Shown: piece by piece, positions 41,127 to 52,216 of the stretch
Layout of the letters: each line of letters begins with the position of its first letter
Position numbering within the stretch: position 1 is the stretch's first letter
IMG/VR virus record: IMGVR_UViG_3300020050_017898
Origin: an uncultured virus (IMG/VR IMGVR_UViG_3300020050_017898)
Lineage: Duplodnaviria; Heunggongvirae; Uroviricota; Caudoviricetes
DNA length: 64,000 nt
Strand: one strand, 5' to 3'
The notes under the pieces: model-generated
The model's database searches: none
The model's input: the letters and a program-made list of their open reading frames with translations, nothing else
What the model was told of the DNA's origin: nothing
Program-made: the position numbers and the translations under genes

Positions 41127-43871
41127 TTAACTTATGCCATATTTTTGTAACATTTTTAACACAACTGAGGCAGAAAGGTTATTTAGGGGTAATTTTTGAC
41201 CAAATGGTGACTGTTGTTTGGTCTTTTTATAATTTAAATAATTATTTCTTTCATCTACTTTTTGTTGAGCTTCAGGCGTTCTTGGTGTATTTTGGTTTAT
41301 TTTATTTTTACGACGTTGTGGTTTTTTAGCAATATCACTACTATTTAATAGATCTAAAAATTTTTTCGGATCATAATCAGAATATTTTGATCCTTCAAAA
41401 TGGCGTTTATCTACTTTGTCGGAATCTTTAGCAAATCTATTGCTATCTAATTTATTCCACTCTAATCCACAACGAAAATATTTAATATCATATTTTTCTT
41501 TAAGATATTTGCCTAACTCGGCATAACAGGAATTAATATCTATTTTAGCTTTATTAATATTATTGCTATTTGTTTCAACATTATCAAGAATAAATCCATT
41601 ATCTTCTGGCACATAATGAAAATAGCTTTGAGATAAAATATTACCTTCTTTATCATCTAAAATTAAGACACTAGCAACAGGATTGATAAAACTATCAACA
41701 GCTGCATCATGACCATATCCACCTAGTACTTGGCAACAGTGAGTATCGATTCCTACCGAGAAATATTCAATAGACATATCATCAAGAACTCTAAAAGAGT
41801 AATTATTAGTTTTATAATTAAGATCAAAAAGCTTTTCATTTTTAGGCTTTTTTAATTCAAGATATTCTTGATAAGATTCCATAGATAATATTAAAGAGCA
41901 TGTTTTGAAAAATTGAACAAATTTGATATCATTACCTGATATAATTTTCATATTTTCAAATAATGTAAGATAATATTTATATTGATCACCAAATTCTTTA
42001 CTGTTTAAATGTAATAAATCTAATCTTTTTTCTAAAGTATCATAATTCATTGTTTGAAATGGATTTAATCGATCATTACTCCAAAATTGAATAAATTGCT
42101 TTTTTGCTTGAGAATCTATTTTAACGTTAGTAGAAATAAGTAAATTAGTAATTTGTTTGATTTCATCAATACCAGCGGAATGAATAATTTGAGCATATTC
42201 ATTTAAATTATTGAAAAAAGCATCTATTTTTGTTTCAGCTATTTTTGTACCAGAATAAAATTTAGAAAAATCAACTAGTAACTGAAATTTATCTCTGTTG
42301 TTTTGAGAAATAGTATCAGCATTACCAAGATCTTGGGTTAAATTAATATAAGGAGTTAGCTCTTTAGAAAGATAATTAATATCTTTCCCACATAAACAAT
42401 ATTTAAGATAAACTTTAAAAATATTAAATTTAGGCTCCATCATTTTCATTAAAAATGTAGCAGTAACCATTGATTCAATAGTGTTGTTGTAAGATAGCAA
42501 ATATTTGTTAATAACTTTAGCAGCATCTTGGAAAAATTTGGTAGTTAGATCTTGAGAAATATCAGGAAACCATTTAAAATATTTTTTAGAAATAATGCTT
42601 AACATTCCCACGATAGCTTTAAAATCTAGATCTTTTTCATCGTTTTCTAATGCTGGAAAATCTTTTTTAAATAACCCTAATACATTGCCAGCATTAATAA
42701 TAAAATTATTTATCTTATTTACTGACTGTTCATATTCCTCAAAGGTATTAGCTGGTAAATTAGATAATTCTTTAGTAAATGGTTTTTTAAAACATTCAAT
42801 TACATTAGGTGATGTGTATTTACCAATAAATTTAATTTGATCATTAGTGAGTTTTTTGAATTTATAAAAAAAAGGTGATTCAATAATGAAATTAATTACT
42901 TCTGCAGATAAAGGTTTTTCATTTGAGTATGATAATTGAAATAATGGTTCAACAAAATAATTAAGCGGACTTTGTATTAATTTTACAACGGTATGTTTTA
43001 TTTCTTTATTATATAATATATGACCAAGAGTTCTTATTTGCTCTTCATTTAGATTTGTATTTTTTTGAATAAATTTATCAATAATTGCTTTATATTTAAT
43101 TTCTTGTTGATCTTCATCTGAAAGATTTATTTTTTTTTCTTCAAAAAGCTTTCTATCTAAAGCTGATATATAATCATGCTCTTTGAGGCTATTATATTGA
43201 TTAGCAGCAATTATTATATATTTTTTTTTTGAAAAAATCTTTTTTAAACAATCTTCATAAGTATTAATAATTAATTCAATTATTTTACTACTATTTTTAT
43301 TATTAGAAACCGCCTCAAACAGAAATTGTTTACTTTCATTATAACTATTAAGTGAATTACTTATATTTTGCAAATACCAATGCGAATTTTGATATGAGCC
43401 AGATTCAAAAATAATATTAGGAATTAATTTCTCTAATTTATAAATAATTGAATCAGTTTTATATTCATAATTTTTAAATTCTTTATTTATAATAGTTTCA
43501 AATTTATTAATGGCATTTTTAAAAAAGATAGAATAATTCTTTATCGGATTATCTCTTTTATTAACTTGAATAACTATATTTTTATTTAAAATATTAAAAG
43601 CTTCTAAAATATCAAAATAAATCATTGGAGATTGATAGCATTGAACTTCAACTATTTCTGAATCTGAATAATGAAATGTTTTAAAAGCTTCAAATAATTT
43701 TAGATTAGATCTAATTGCTTTTAACTTATTTTCAATATTAGAAAAATAAGTTTTTAAATCGCCAATGCCTAATGCTTTCTTTTCTAACTCAAATTCTTCA
43801 ATTTCCTGATCAACAATCTTTTTTTCAATTTTATCAACAGTATTAGGCTCAGCTGCAAGAATGATTCTCAT
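41127..43871 (-). CDS. Large AT-rich protein with a conserved-looking C-terminal domain (PcfJ/GNAT-like, tentative)
   Basis: 914 aa. C-terminal DTHCCQVLGG...NP...ILSQSYFHY...ILDNVE segment. Confidence 0.5.
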   Translation of the reverse strand: MRIILAAEPNTVDKIEKKIVDQEIEEFELEKKALGIGDLKTYFSNIENKLKAIRSNLKLFEAFKTFHYSDSEIVEVQCYQSPMIYFDILEAFNILNKNIVIQVNKRDNPIKNYSIFFKNAINKFETIINKEFKNYEYKTDSIIYKLEKLIPNIIFESGSYQNSHWYLQNISNSLNSYNESKQFLFEAVSNNKNSSKIIELIINTYEDCLKKIFSKKKYIIIAANQYNSLKEHDYISALDRKLFEEKKINLSDEDQQEIKYKAIIDKFIQKNTNLNEEQIRTLGHILYNKEIKHTVVKLIQSPLNYFVEPLFQLSYSNEKPLSAEVINFIIESPFFYKFKKLTNDQIKFIGKYTSPNVIECFKKPFTKELSNLPANTFEEYEQSVNKINNFIINAGNVLGLFKKDFPALENDEKDLDFKAIVGMLSIISKKYFKWFPDISQDLTTKFFQDAAKVINKYLLSYNNTIESMVTATFLMKMMEPKFNIFKVYLKYCLCGKDINYLSKELTPYINLTQDLGNADTISQNNRDKFQLLVDFSKFYSGTKIAETKIDAFFNNLNEYAQIIHSAGIDEIKQITNLLISTNVKIDSQAKKQFIQFWSNDRLNPFQTMNYDTLEKRLDLLHLNSKEFGDQYKYYLTLFENMKIISGNDIKFVQFFKTCSLILSMESYQEYLELKKPKNEKLFDLNYKTNNYSFRVLDDMSIEYFSVGIDTHCCQVLGGYGHDAAVDSFINPVASVLILDDKEGNILSQSYFHYVPEDNGFILDNVETNSNNINKAKIDINSCYAELGKYLKEKYDIKYFRCGLEWNKLDSNRFAKDSDKVDKRHFEGSKYSDYDPKKFLDLLNSSDIAKKPQRRKNKINQNTPRTPEAQQKVDERNNYLNYKKTKQQSPFGQKLPLNNLSASVVLKMLQKYGIS

Positions 43872-43902
43872 TCTAAAATATCAACTTAATCATAAAATCA
43901 AA

Positions 43903-43937
43903 TAAAAAAGGAAAGAAGAACCGAAGCTCTTCTTTCC
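43903..43937 (-). terminator. Intrinsic terminator after the 217-aa gene
   Basis: Minus strand ggaaagaagagc-TTCG-gttcttctttcc-tttttt. Confidence 0.88.
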
Positions 43938-43964
43938 ATGATTTAATCAGATTAAACTGATATA

Positions 43965-44618
43965 TTAGGTCTCAACTTCCCAGTGGATAACAGCTTCGCG
44001 GATACCTTTGTTGCTGTTAAGAGCTGAAGCAAACTTCGGCTGAGTATTGACATGTGAACCTGAGGTCTCAAAGCCCATGAAACGAGCAACAACAAGTGAA
44101 GCTTCGAAAGATGAAGCAGCGTTCGGAGTGAGAATACCAGCAGTAGTTGCATAAAGTGGTGAACCAGCATCGAGTGAGGTATTGGTAAGAGTAAGACCAG
44201 TTGAAGCGTTAGTATCAACGGCATCAAGAGTTACAGCATAGATACCAGGGGCATCCCAGCAAGTAATTTTACCAGAGCGATTAGCGGTACCAGGACCAAC
44301 CTGTGAACCAGCAACATCTTTACCAGCAGTTCCACCAACTACTTTACCGAAAACGGTACCGTAATAGGTCGTACCTTCATCCGCAAGGAATAAAGGACGT
44401 TTGCCAGAAGCAAGAGTTTTGGTTACAACAGTGCGCTTAAGCACTGAGGAAGGTAGAAGATAACCATCAGAAGCTGAATCAGCAGCTGAAATGTCAGCTG
44501 CAAGAGCTACTGAGGTAAGAGTAACAACTTCTCCACCTTTAAATGAAGAAACCTGTGCATCAAGACCATCAAGAGTGCCGTAAGGACGACCGTTGGGGAA
44601 TTTTACGATTAGAGCCAT
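43965..44618 (-). CDS. Head decoration/cement-like protein (putative)
   Basis: 217 aa, Ala/Gly/Thr-rich, strong RBS and own terminator. FLADE...SGKITCW...G.Y...GSPLYA...GILT resembles beta-tulip decoration proteins; lies near the capsid gene. Confidence 0.55.
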   Translation of the reverse strand: MALIVKFPNGRPYGTLDGLDAQVSSFKGGEVVTLTSVALAADISAADSASDGYLLPSSVLKRTVVTKTLASGKRPLFLADEGTTYYGTVFGKVVGGTAGKDVAGSQVGPGTANRSGKITCWDAPGIYAVTLDAVDTNASTGLTLTNTSLDAGSPLYATTAGILTPNAASSFEASLVVARFMGFETSGSHVNTQPKFASALNSNKGIREAVIHWEVET

Positions 44619-44744
44619 GTGTTTTATTCCTAAACTTACCTCATATATTCTATGAGATAGATTAATATTAGTTATTTGTTACAAAAAAATATACAAACTA
44701 TGTGATACTTATATCAAAAATACTATACTTGCTAAAATTATGTA

Positions 44745-46034
44745 TTATATTTTCTTACCATCATCTGGTAAAGGTTTAATACCATAAGGAGCTGTACCTT
44801 TTGGTGCATTCTTTTGAAGCCATTCATCAAATTCTTCTTTAGTAATATCACCATCTTTAAGCCACTGTTGTCTTTTTTGTAATCTTTTTGCAAATTCAGG
44901 CTTTAATTCTTCAGTAGCTTTAGGTGTAGAGTTTTTATTTGCTTCAATTCCCATGTTAATAACTTCTTTACTCTTAACCGAAGATTGTTCGAATAATTTT
45001 ACTAATTTTTCTAGTGATTCTATTGTTGGAGTAATAAGCCTTTCAACATCATCTATATCATTTTTAAATAATCCAGAAGATCCGCCAGAAAGATATTTAA
45101 GACGATCAATTACTTTAGTAACTGCTCCAACATCATCTACTTGCATCTTAGTAAATTCATCATTATTAAAATTAATTTTAAGAGATTTAAGAAAAGCAAT
45201 ACAAGAAACTGATTTATTTTTAAAATCATTAAATTTATTTACAAGTTCTTGATTTTCAAGCTCTGTTGACATTTCTAATAATTCTTCGGCACTAGTTGGT
45301 TGTCGAAGAGAAGTTAATTTGTCTTTTACCTGTTCATAAATAGTCCAAAGTTGAGAAATTTGAGTTTTGGCAACGTTTAATATTTTTTTAAATTGTTCAC
45401 TATAAGTTCTTCCAACAATGTAAGCTGTATCATTTAAAATATCATCAATCTCAGCAATCATTCTCTGCGAATTTCGAACAAATCCTAATTGAGCCGCATC
45501 ACTGTGTTGCTGCCAATAAAGAACCCCAATTAAAGCAGCAGGAATTGCAACCATTGACCAAGCAGGCATTGTTGCAAACAATCCAGCCGCAGGTGCTAAT
45601 GCTTCTTTTTGAAGAACTTGCTTATCAAAATCATTAATTATTTTATCTGCATATAAAGCCAAAGCAGGATCGCGAGCATCAAGAAAATTAGCTGATTTTA
45701 CTAAGCTAGAAAGTAATTTGCTTTGAGCGGCATATTTTTCATTAACCAAACCAGCATGTTGCTTACGATGAATGATATTAATAGTAATATCTTGTTTTTG
45801 ATTATCATTTTTAAGTACACCATTTAGTTTATCATAGCTATCAAAAGCCACTAAAACTCCAGGATGAGCTTCTTCAACAATATTTCGACCTTTTTTGTTT
45901 ACTTTAAGATTATAAAGCTTACTGATATCATCAGCAGAAAGTGAATCAACTCTTTTTGTTTCTTTAAGAGTTTTTTTAGCTGCTGATTCTTCTTCTGCGG
46001 CAATAATAAATTTGAGTAAAGGATTCTTTTTCAT
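44745..46034 (-). CDS. Putative internal head/ejection protein
   Basis: 429 aa, helical, one hydrophobic segment, K-x-A motifs. Confidence 0.5.
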   Translation of the reverse strand: MKKNPLLKFIIAAEEESAAKKTLKETKRVDSLSADDISKLYNLKVNKKGRNIVEEAHPGVLVAFDSYDKLNGVLKNDNQKQDITINIIHRKQHAGLVNEKYAAQSKLLSSLVKSANFLDARDPALALYADKIINDFDKQVLQKEALAPAAGLFATMPAWSMVAIPAALIGVLYWQQHSDAAQLGFVRNSQRMIAEIDDILNDTAYIVGRTYSEQFKKILNVAKTQISQLWTIYEQVKDKLTSLRQPTSAEELLEMSTELENQELVNKFNDFKNKSVSCIAFLKSLKINFNNDEFTKMQVDDVGAVTKVIDRLKYLSGGSSGLFKNDIDDVERLITPTIESLEKLVKLFEQSSVKSKEVINMGIEANKNSTPKATEELKPEFAKRLQKRQQWLKDGDITKEEFDEWLQKNAPKGTAPYGIKPLPDDGKKI

Positions 46035-46043
46035 ATGTTCTCT

Positions 46044-46973
46044 TTAAGATAAGCTTTTAATAATAGGATAAGCAACAGTTAATTCATTTTTATATTCAGG
46101 AGGCATTAAAATAGCTTTATCAGTTGGCATTCTACTATTGTAAAGATTTATATCACTAACAATTGATTCAAAAATAGGAGATCTAGTTAATTCATTATCT
46201 GAAACATTATCAACCTCAAAACTATTTCTAATACATTTAAGAACAAATTGTGAAATTTTATTCTCATCATTGCTAATTGGTACAGTCCACATTGTTTTTT
46301 CAGCTCTAGAAACTGAATCTTTAATTTTATATTTTAATTTTTTAGAATCAACACTAGTATCAGATTTTATTTGTTTTGATTTATCATCAGATGATCCTGT
46401 AAAAACATTTTCTTTACCCATTAATGCTTTTACAGCTTGTCCACCAACCATTAATCCCATACCAGAAAGTAATATTGTAAAAATTTTAGTAAAAGCGCGA
46501 ACTAAAACGTTTTTACTTTCTCCAGAAAAATAAGCGCTATGGCGTTTATCACCAAGTAATTCTAACAAAGCTTGGCGAGGACCATCAAATGTAGATTTAT
46601 CACCATATTTAGCAGTTTTTACTATTTCAGTAAAATTCATATTAGCTGCTTTAGAATTACCAAATCCTTGTTGAAAATTATTCTCGACAATAGAAGATAC
46701 TTCTTCATGGCTAAAATTTTCTTTTCCACTAGAAATAGAACCAGAAATTGCGGTAGTTATTTTTTTAATAATAGCTATGACATCTACATCAAAAGCTTGC
46801 ATTAAAATCCCAACTAACGCCCCATAAAATGGAAACCCCATAGAGCCCATCAGTTTGGATATGACAACTGGTCCTAAAAACTTGGACAAGCTACCAGCCT
46901 TATCATTTGGATCATAAACTTTATTATACATCTCTGTAACAATTGAAGTTGGATCTTGAGCTTCTTTTTTCAT
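46044..46973 (-). CDS. Putative internal head/ejection protein with hydrophobic segments
   Basis: 309 aa, starts MKKEAQ, two hydrophobic helices. Confidence 0.5.
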   Translation of the reverse strand: MKKEAQDPTSIVTEMYNKVYDPNDKAGSLSKFLGPVVISKLMGSMGFPFYGALVGILMQAFDVDVIAIIKKITTAISGSISSGKENFSHEEVSSIVENNFQQGFGNSKAANMNFTEIVKTAKYGDKSTFDGPRQALLELLGDKRHSAYFSGESKNVLVRAFTKIFTILLSGMGLMVGGQAVKALMGKENVFTGSSDDKSKQIKSDTSVDSKKLKYKIKDSVSRAEKTMWTVPISNDENKISQFVLKCIRNSFEVDNVSDNELTRSPIFESIVSDINLYNSRMPTDKAILMPPEYKNELTVAYPIIKSLS

Positions 46974-48923
46974 TTAACCACCTAATAGAATCTTCGCTTT
47001 TTGAGCAGTAGAATCTAGTGCGAAAATGTTTCTTTGACCCACACCACCACTACTAGATGTGCCAGTACCAATTTGATTATTAATACCTGCAATGATATTA
47101 TCAACCAGTGGCTGACCTTTATATCCTGAAATATTTGAGCGAAGACTGTTTAAATCACTCATAACATTTTGAACCAATTGCTTATTAAATGCTAGGAACG
47201 GTAAAGTAAAATTTTTGGATAACTGAAAACTAGTAATTGACTGAATGGTGGTATGAGGATCATTACTAAGACTATATGTACGATCTCTCCAACCCTGTGG
47301 GTTACCATAACGAATTGATCTCATAATTAATTGATCAACAGCCATTTCTTTCCTGGTATTAGGAGCTCTACCAGTATTAGTGCTAAAATTATTATAGAAA
47401 TTCTCAAGAACTTGATAAAAATCAATAATTCTTTCATAATCAATTTGGCTTTCTTCTAAAGGCATCGAAGCAGCTAAGCCCCTGCCTAATTTAAGAAGAG
47501 CATTTCCTTGATCAGGAGTAATTTTCTTACTTCCTGAACCATCATCTTTATCATTTCCAATATCTTTAGAATCTTTTGTTCCAGGAGGAACATTACCATC
47601 AGTGTTTCCACCACTAACACCATCAAGGTTACAACTTTCACCAGCAGCATTAGTAAGATTACCAGCTAGATCTTCTACTGCTTTGAGATAAGCTTTAGAA
47701 ACAGCAGCAAATTTTTCAGAAGTTTTAATTGAAACATAATATTTAGCTCTACCATGAAGTAGTCTTAATGCTTTGCAAAGATCTGGCAATTGACCATTGC
47801 TTGATTTCTTAAACCAATTCATATAACTATCAACTGATTCTAGATCACCCAAAGTAAGAATAGGTTCCATTCCACCTAGTTTGGGATAGTTAGCAGCAAC
47901 TTTATCTTGAACAGTTTTATTAGGAGCAATACTAGCATTAGCAAAAGCATCAACAGCTTCGCCAGGAGCAACGGTAGTATCTAGACCAATGGCGCCAGGC
48001 GCAGGGCATTTTAATTCTGCTGCAATTTTTTTAACATCAGCTAAATACATTGTAGCTGCATCTTTTGCTTGTCTGCTTGCAGCTCTACCAGCATAAAATT
48101 CTGCTCTTTGAACAACACTGTTAAGAAATAAACAAGCTGAAGGAATGCCTGATTCTCTGGTATCAATTTGATTACCATCTTTATCTAGAACAGTGATTAC
48201 ATTCTGATAAAACCAAGCATTAAAAGTAGTTGAACTAATTAAGTTTTTGGTATAAAGTTTAGTTTCAAAAACACCATCTGGTACAACTGGATACGTTTTA
48301 AGAAGCTCTGTAGATCCTTCTAAAGGATTTTTAACATCAAAGCCTCTACTAAGGAAAGCATCAGCTAGATAACCATTAGCACCTTTAACATCGGCTTTAA
48401 TTTGATCAACAGGATCAACATATTGATTGACTTGTTCGGCTAATTTTCCAACCATTACTTCAAGAACTTTGTTATCAGTTTTAACAGCTCTACGACGAAG
48501 ATAATCAAGATAACCAGTAAGCGCTTCTTTATTAGCAAAAAAACTTGATGTATTCATCTTTCTGGAAGAAGGATCTCGTCCAGTTGAAATAACATTATTA
48601 AATTCCCATTTCATTTTAGAAGGACGTTGAGGATTAGAGGTATTGATTGCAGCAGCAATCGGTTCATTTTGCCACTCAATTGAGTTATTAGCACAATAAG
48701 TTAGAAGATCTCCTAGATTTTTTAAATCTTTAGGAAAAAGTCCTTTAGCATCTGGTTTAGTAGAAGTGGTACCACCTGTTGCTCCGATATCTGAGATCAA
48801 ATTTGATACTAGTTTAGATGCCAAACTACCGACATTGCCGTCAACAGTTTGTTGATTTTTTTGGGCTGCCATCTGAGCTTGTTTATAAAGTTGTTGTAAA
48901 ATAGAATTTTTGATGTCAGACAT
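46974..48923 (-). CDS. Putative internal head protein with an internal duplication
   Basis: 649 aa. FNAWF...CLFLNSVVQRAEFY...YLADVKKIA...C recurs as YMNWF...CKALRLLHGRAKYY...YLKAVEDLA...C. Confidence 0.5.
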   Translation of the reverse strand: MSDIKNSILQQLYKQAQMAAQKNQQTVDGNVGSLASKLVSNLISDIGATGGTTSTKPDAKGLFPKDLKNLGDLLTYCANNSIEWQNEPIAAAINTSNPQRPSKMKWEFNNVISTGRDPSSRKMNTSSFFANKEALTGYLDYLRRRAVKTDNKVLEVMVGKLAEQVNQYVDPVDQIKADVKGANGYLADAFLSRGFDVKNPLEGSTELLKTYPVVPDGVFETKLYTKNLISSTTFNAWFYQNVITVLDKDGNQIDTRESGIPSACLFLNSVVQRAEFYAGRAASRQAKDAATMYLADVKKIAAELKCPAPGAIGLDTTVAPGEAVDAFANASIAPNKTVQDKVAANYPKLGGMEPILTLGDLESVDSYMNWFKKSSNGQLPDLCKALRLLHGRAKYYVSIKTSEKFAAVSKAYLKAVEDLAGNLTNAAGESCNLDGVSGGNTDGNVPPGTKDSKDIGNDKDDGSGSKKITPDQGNALLKLGRGLAASMPLEESQIDYERIIDFYQVLENFYNNFSTNTGRAPNTRKEMAVDQLIMRSIRYGNPQGWRDRTYSLSNDPHTTIQSITSFQLSKNFTLPFLAFNKQLVQNVMSDLNSLRSNISGYKGQPLVDNIIAGINNQIGTGTSSSGGVGQRNIFALDSTAQKAKILLGG

Positions 48924-48925
48924 TC

Positions 48926-49990
48926 TTATACTCTTTGACGTAGTGTAGATAGTTGTGATTGAATATCATTAAGAACTTTAATAGCCCAATCATCTGAAGC
49001 GATTTTATGTTGAGCGAGGAATTCTTTAAAGCGTTTTTTATTAGTTAAGTAAAATAAAGGGATTGATAAAGTTACAGGAGCTGGCTTGCCAGGAAGCTGT
49101 AATGTTACAGTTATAGGTGTACTTGATTCGCCGTCTTGTTCTACCTGAGCCAAGAGTAATTTATCATTTTCATCAATAGATTGTTCTTTTTTCTTAACTC
49201 CATCAAGAGAGTCATGTTGATTAATAAAAATAGCATTTTTAGGGTTAGTAAGAGTTTTTTGAAGAAATATTTTGTAGTATTTATCTAATTTAGTAATTAC
49301 TCCGACAGTCCATTGTGCCCATGTTCCTAAAGTCGATTTGGTATGTTTGACTATTTTAGTTTTTGGATCAATATCAGTTTTAGGATTTATTTCACTGACT
49401 GTTTCTAACAAATCAATATCTTGACTGGTAAAATCTTTTGATTCTTGACTAGTAAATCGTTTTTCAACTTCTATTAAAGCTTTGGCGAAAGCGGCAATAT
49501 TTTTTAAAGCCATTTGGCTTCTAGGTCCCCAAACGCCATCGGGAGTTACCTCCGCTTTTGGCATTCCAATACGTTCCCAACCATTTACTACTACATGCTG
49601 TTCATATAATCCTGTTTGAGTTTTTTGTTTGTCAGGAATAGTTGTTACTTTCTTATCAGTAGTCCATTCAACACCTTTGGAATTATCAGCAACAAAGTTT
49701 TCGGTGATAAAATCATTGAACGCTTTTTTACCACTATCAGCTTGTGATTTTTGTTGAGGAGTTGAAGTAGCGCTATAGTTAGTAACTGAAGCAGCAAAGC
49801 TACGAATAGCTTCTTGCATCGTCTTAACTTCAGGAGCATAATTGGCTTGAGATCTTATTGGTGATTGAATAGAGGTTGGAACTACCCCCTGTGTTGCAGG
49901 GTTAGATCTAGATTTAGATGTAGGTTTAGGTTTAAAATCATTTGGATCAGCAGTTTTTATAAACTCAGCAATTTTAAATAAATTTTTCAC
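48926..49990 (-). CDS. Putative head protein with a peptidoglycan-binding-like motif
   Basis: EVKTMQEAI...PDGVWGPRSQMALK resembles PG_binding_1 (DGxxGxxTxxAL). Confidence 0.5.
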   Translation of the reverse strand: MKNLFKIAEFIKTADPNDFKPKPTSKSRSNPATQGVVPTSIQSPIRSQANYAPEVKTMQEAIRSFAASVTNYSATSTPQQKSQADSGKKAFNDFITENFVADNSKGVEWTTDKKVTTIPDKQKTQTGLYEQHVVVNGWERIGMPKAEVTPDGVWGPRSQMALKNIAAFAKALIEVEKRFTSQESKDFTSQDIDLLETVSEINPKTDIDPKTKIVKHTKSTLGTWAQWTVGVITKLDKYYKIFLQKTLTNPKNAIFINQHDSLDGVKKKEQSIDENDKLLLAQVEQDGESSTPITVTLQLPGKPAPVTLSIPLFYLTNKKRFKEFLAQHKIASDDWAIKVLNDIQSQLSTLRQRV

Positions 49991-49992
49991 AT

Positions 49993-52182
49993 TTACCCTT
50001 TCAAAGAAACACTTTTTATAGCGTTAGTTAGATATGTATTAATCTTATTCGATTCTTCTATTGCTTTATTCAATATTTCAGCATCAGTATTTTTTTCTGC
50101 TTGATTAATAAGTACATTTGTTTTGGCAATCATTGGAGACATTTTTTCACTAAACCAATCAAGAAGTTCTTCATTTTGAGAATTATGAATTTTAGTAATA
50201 TTTGCTTCCATTTTTTTAGAAGCAACTATCAAGCCATCTATTGCAGCATTATATAACTCTTTTTTATTAGCAAGATCATCTTGTTTTGCTACTTGAGTTT
50301 CTTTTTCTTTTTCTTCTGTTTTTACTTTAGTATCTTTTTCTTTTTTATCTGCAAGATATTTTTCTTTCAATCTATTATAAATATTAGCAACACCATTTGA
50401 TAATTTTACAATTTTACCATTAGCATTAGCTAAATTTGACATAGCATAAGAAATATCACTTCCAAATAAAAAACCATTACCAAGCTCTCGATATTCACCA
50501 AGTACCTTAGCATCACCTTTTCCAAGTACACTATTTGACTCATTGATTTGATCAATTTGCGCCCAACACGCTTGAAGAATTTTACTTGCTACAGATAGGT
50601 TATTTATTGAATTAGCAAAAACATTTAAACCTTCTTCAGTTTTTGTGGTATTGGTTAGGTTATCAATAACATTTTTAACAATATTTGGTATATTGGTAAG
50701 TTTCGGAATGAAAGTATTTAAATCGCTATTATCAATTTTATTAATAGCACTAATAATATTTTTTAAATTATTTGAAAGATATTTGATATCATCATCTTGC
50801 CAATAGCCTTTAATTAAATCATAAAAAGCAGTTGCTCCTAAAATATTTGTGGCTACCACCGCCCCACCAATTGCAGCAGCAGCGGCAGGATTTGCTATTT
50901 TATTAAAATTATTTTTATATGAAGAATTAACTATATTTGTCTCACCAACAGGCTTTCCACTAGGAGAAGTAGTAGGCTGCGGTTTCATAGCAGGCTTAGC
51001 AACAGACATTTGAGCATATTTTTGAAATGATCTATAAGCTTCATTTAATTTTTGTTCAAAATCAGCAAATTGTCCAGCATACTGTTCTTCATCAGTAAAA
51101 TTTTGTGATTTTGCTTTTAACGATTCAAGATATTGAGGAGCATAGCTATTTGCCCAATTAACAAGCTTTGGGTTAGAAGCCATAGCTATAGATTTTAGCC
51201 AATTTGTCATATCTTGAAATTTACTAGCAAATGCTGCTTTACGTTTTAGGAAATTTGGAATACCACCATTTGTAGAGGCTGGTTTAGCTTCTTTAGGTTT
51301 TAAAATATTACTAATGCTCCAATAAACTTTACTCACACTGGCGACATTCTTCTTTAATTTATTAATAACAAAAGAACAATTATCTTTAATGGCTTTAGTT
51401 TCATAAATAGATTTATCCATTTCAGCTAAACGTTTATCTACATTAACAACGCTAGTGTATAAACTATAAACATTATTTATAGCTACATTTAACATAGATA
51501 CTGCCAACTGCACTTGTTTTAAACTTTCAGCAGAAGGTTCCTGACTTGATAAAGCTTTACCATTGGCTGATTTAACAGTTTCACTAACTTGCTGAATTTT
51601 ATTAAGCTTTCCAGTTAGTTCATTGTTTAAATTAGGAATTTTAGAAATTAATTCAACCGTATTTTCATTGATAGTATCAATGTTTGATTGAACATCTGAA
51701 GTATTAAGCTCAGCATTTAATTTTTGAAAAAGTTTTGCCAAAGGTGATATGGCAAATTCAGCTACATCTTCGCCAAATCCCGCCGCAGTCTTAATAAAAT
51801 CAGCTTGTTTGCTAAGAGGCTCTCCTAACATTTTTCTAGCTGTTTCAATTTGTTTCTCAATAGGAGAATAAATAGTAGCGCTCTCAGGCAAACCTAATAG
51901 TTGAGTAGAAGCTTCATAATGCTCTCCTACCATATTATCGCGAATCATTGCCTCTAGCTTACTAGATAAGCCTTTATAGCTAACAAAATTTTCTTCTATT
52001 TCTTGCGCTTGTTTATGAAAACTAGCTTTGCGAAGTCTTTCACAAAAATCAAGAATTTTTTCATCTAATTTCTGCGGCAAACTTACAGGAGCAGAAGCTT
52101 TTTTATCCATTTTCAGGATACCTGCTTGTACCAGATTTTCTAAATAATTTGTATAAGCCGAAGGTAGATCTTTTTTTCTCAT
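49993..52182 (-). CDS. Putative internal head/ejection protein
   Basis: 729 aa, coiled-coil rich, many K-x-A motifs, one hydrophobic Ala/Gly segment; AGGA RBS. Confidence 0.5.
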   Translation of the reverse strand: MRKKDLPSAYTNYLENLVQAGILKMDKKASAPVSLPQKLDEKILDFCERLRKASFHKQAQEIEENFVSYKGLSSKLEAMIRDNMVGEHYEASTQLLGLPESATIYSPIEKQIETARKMLGEPLSKQADFIKTAAGFGEDVAEFAISPLAKLFQKLNAELNTSDVQSNIDTINENTVELISKIPNLNNELTGKLNKIQQVSETVKSANGKALSSQEPSAESLKQVQLAVSMLNVAINNVYSLYTSVVNVDKRLAEMDKSIYETKAIKDNCSFVINKLKKNVASVSKVYWSISNILKPKEAKPASTNGGIPNFLKRKAAFASKFQDMTNWLKSIAMASNPKLVNWANSYAPQYLESLKAKSQNFTDEEQYAGQFADFEQKLNEAYRSFQKYAQMSVAKPAMKPQPTTSPSGKPVGETNIVNSSYKNNFNKIANPAAAAAIGGAVVATNILGATAFYDLIKGYWQDDDIKYLSNNLKNIISAINKIDNSDLNTFIPKLTNIPNIVKNVIDNLTNTTKTEEGLNVFANSINNLSVASKILQACWAQIDQINESNSVLGKGDAKVLGEYRELGNGFLFGSDISYAMSNLANANGKIVKLSNGVANIYNRLKEKYLADKKEKDTKVKTEEKEKETQVAKQDDLANKKELYNAAIDGLIVASKKMEANITKIHNSQNEELLDWFSEKMSPMIAKTNVLINQAEKNTDAEILNKAIEESNKINTYLTNAIKSVSLKG

Positions 52183-52216
52183 TATAATCCTATAATATAT
52201 AGCTGAAAATTAGTTT

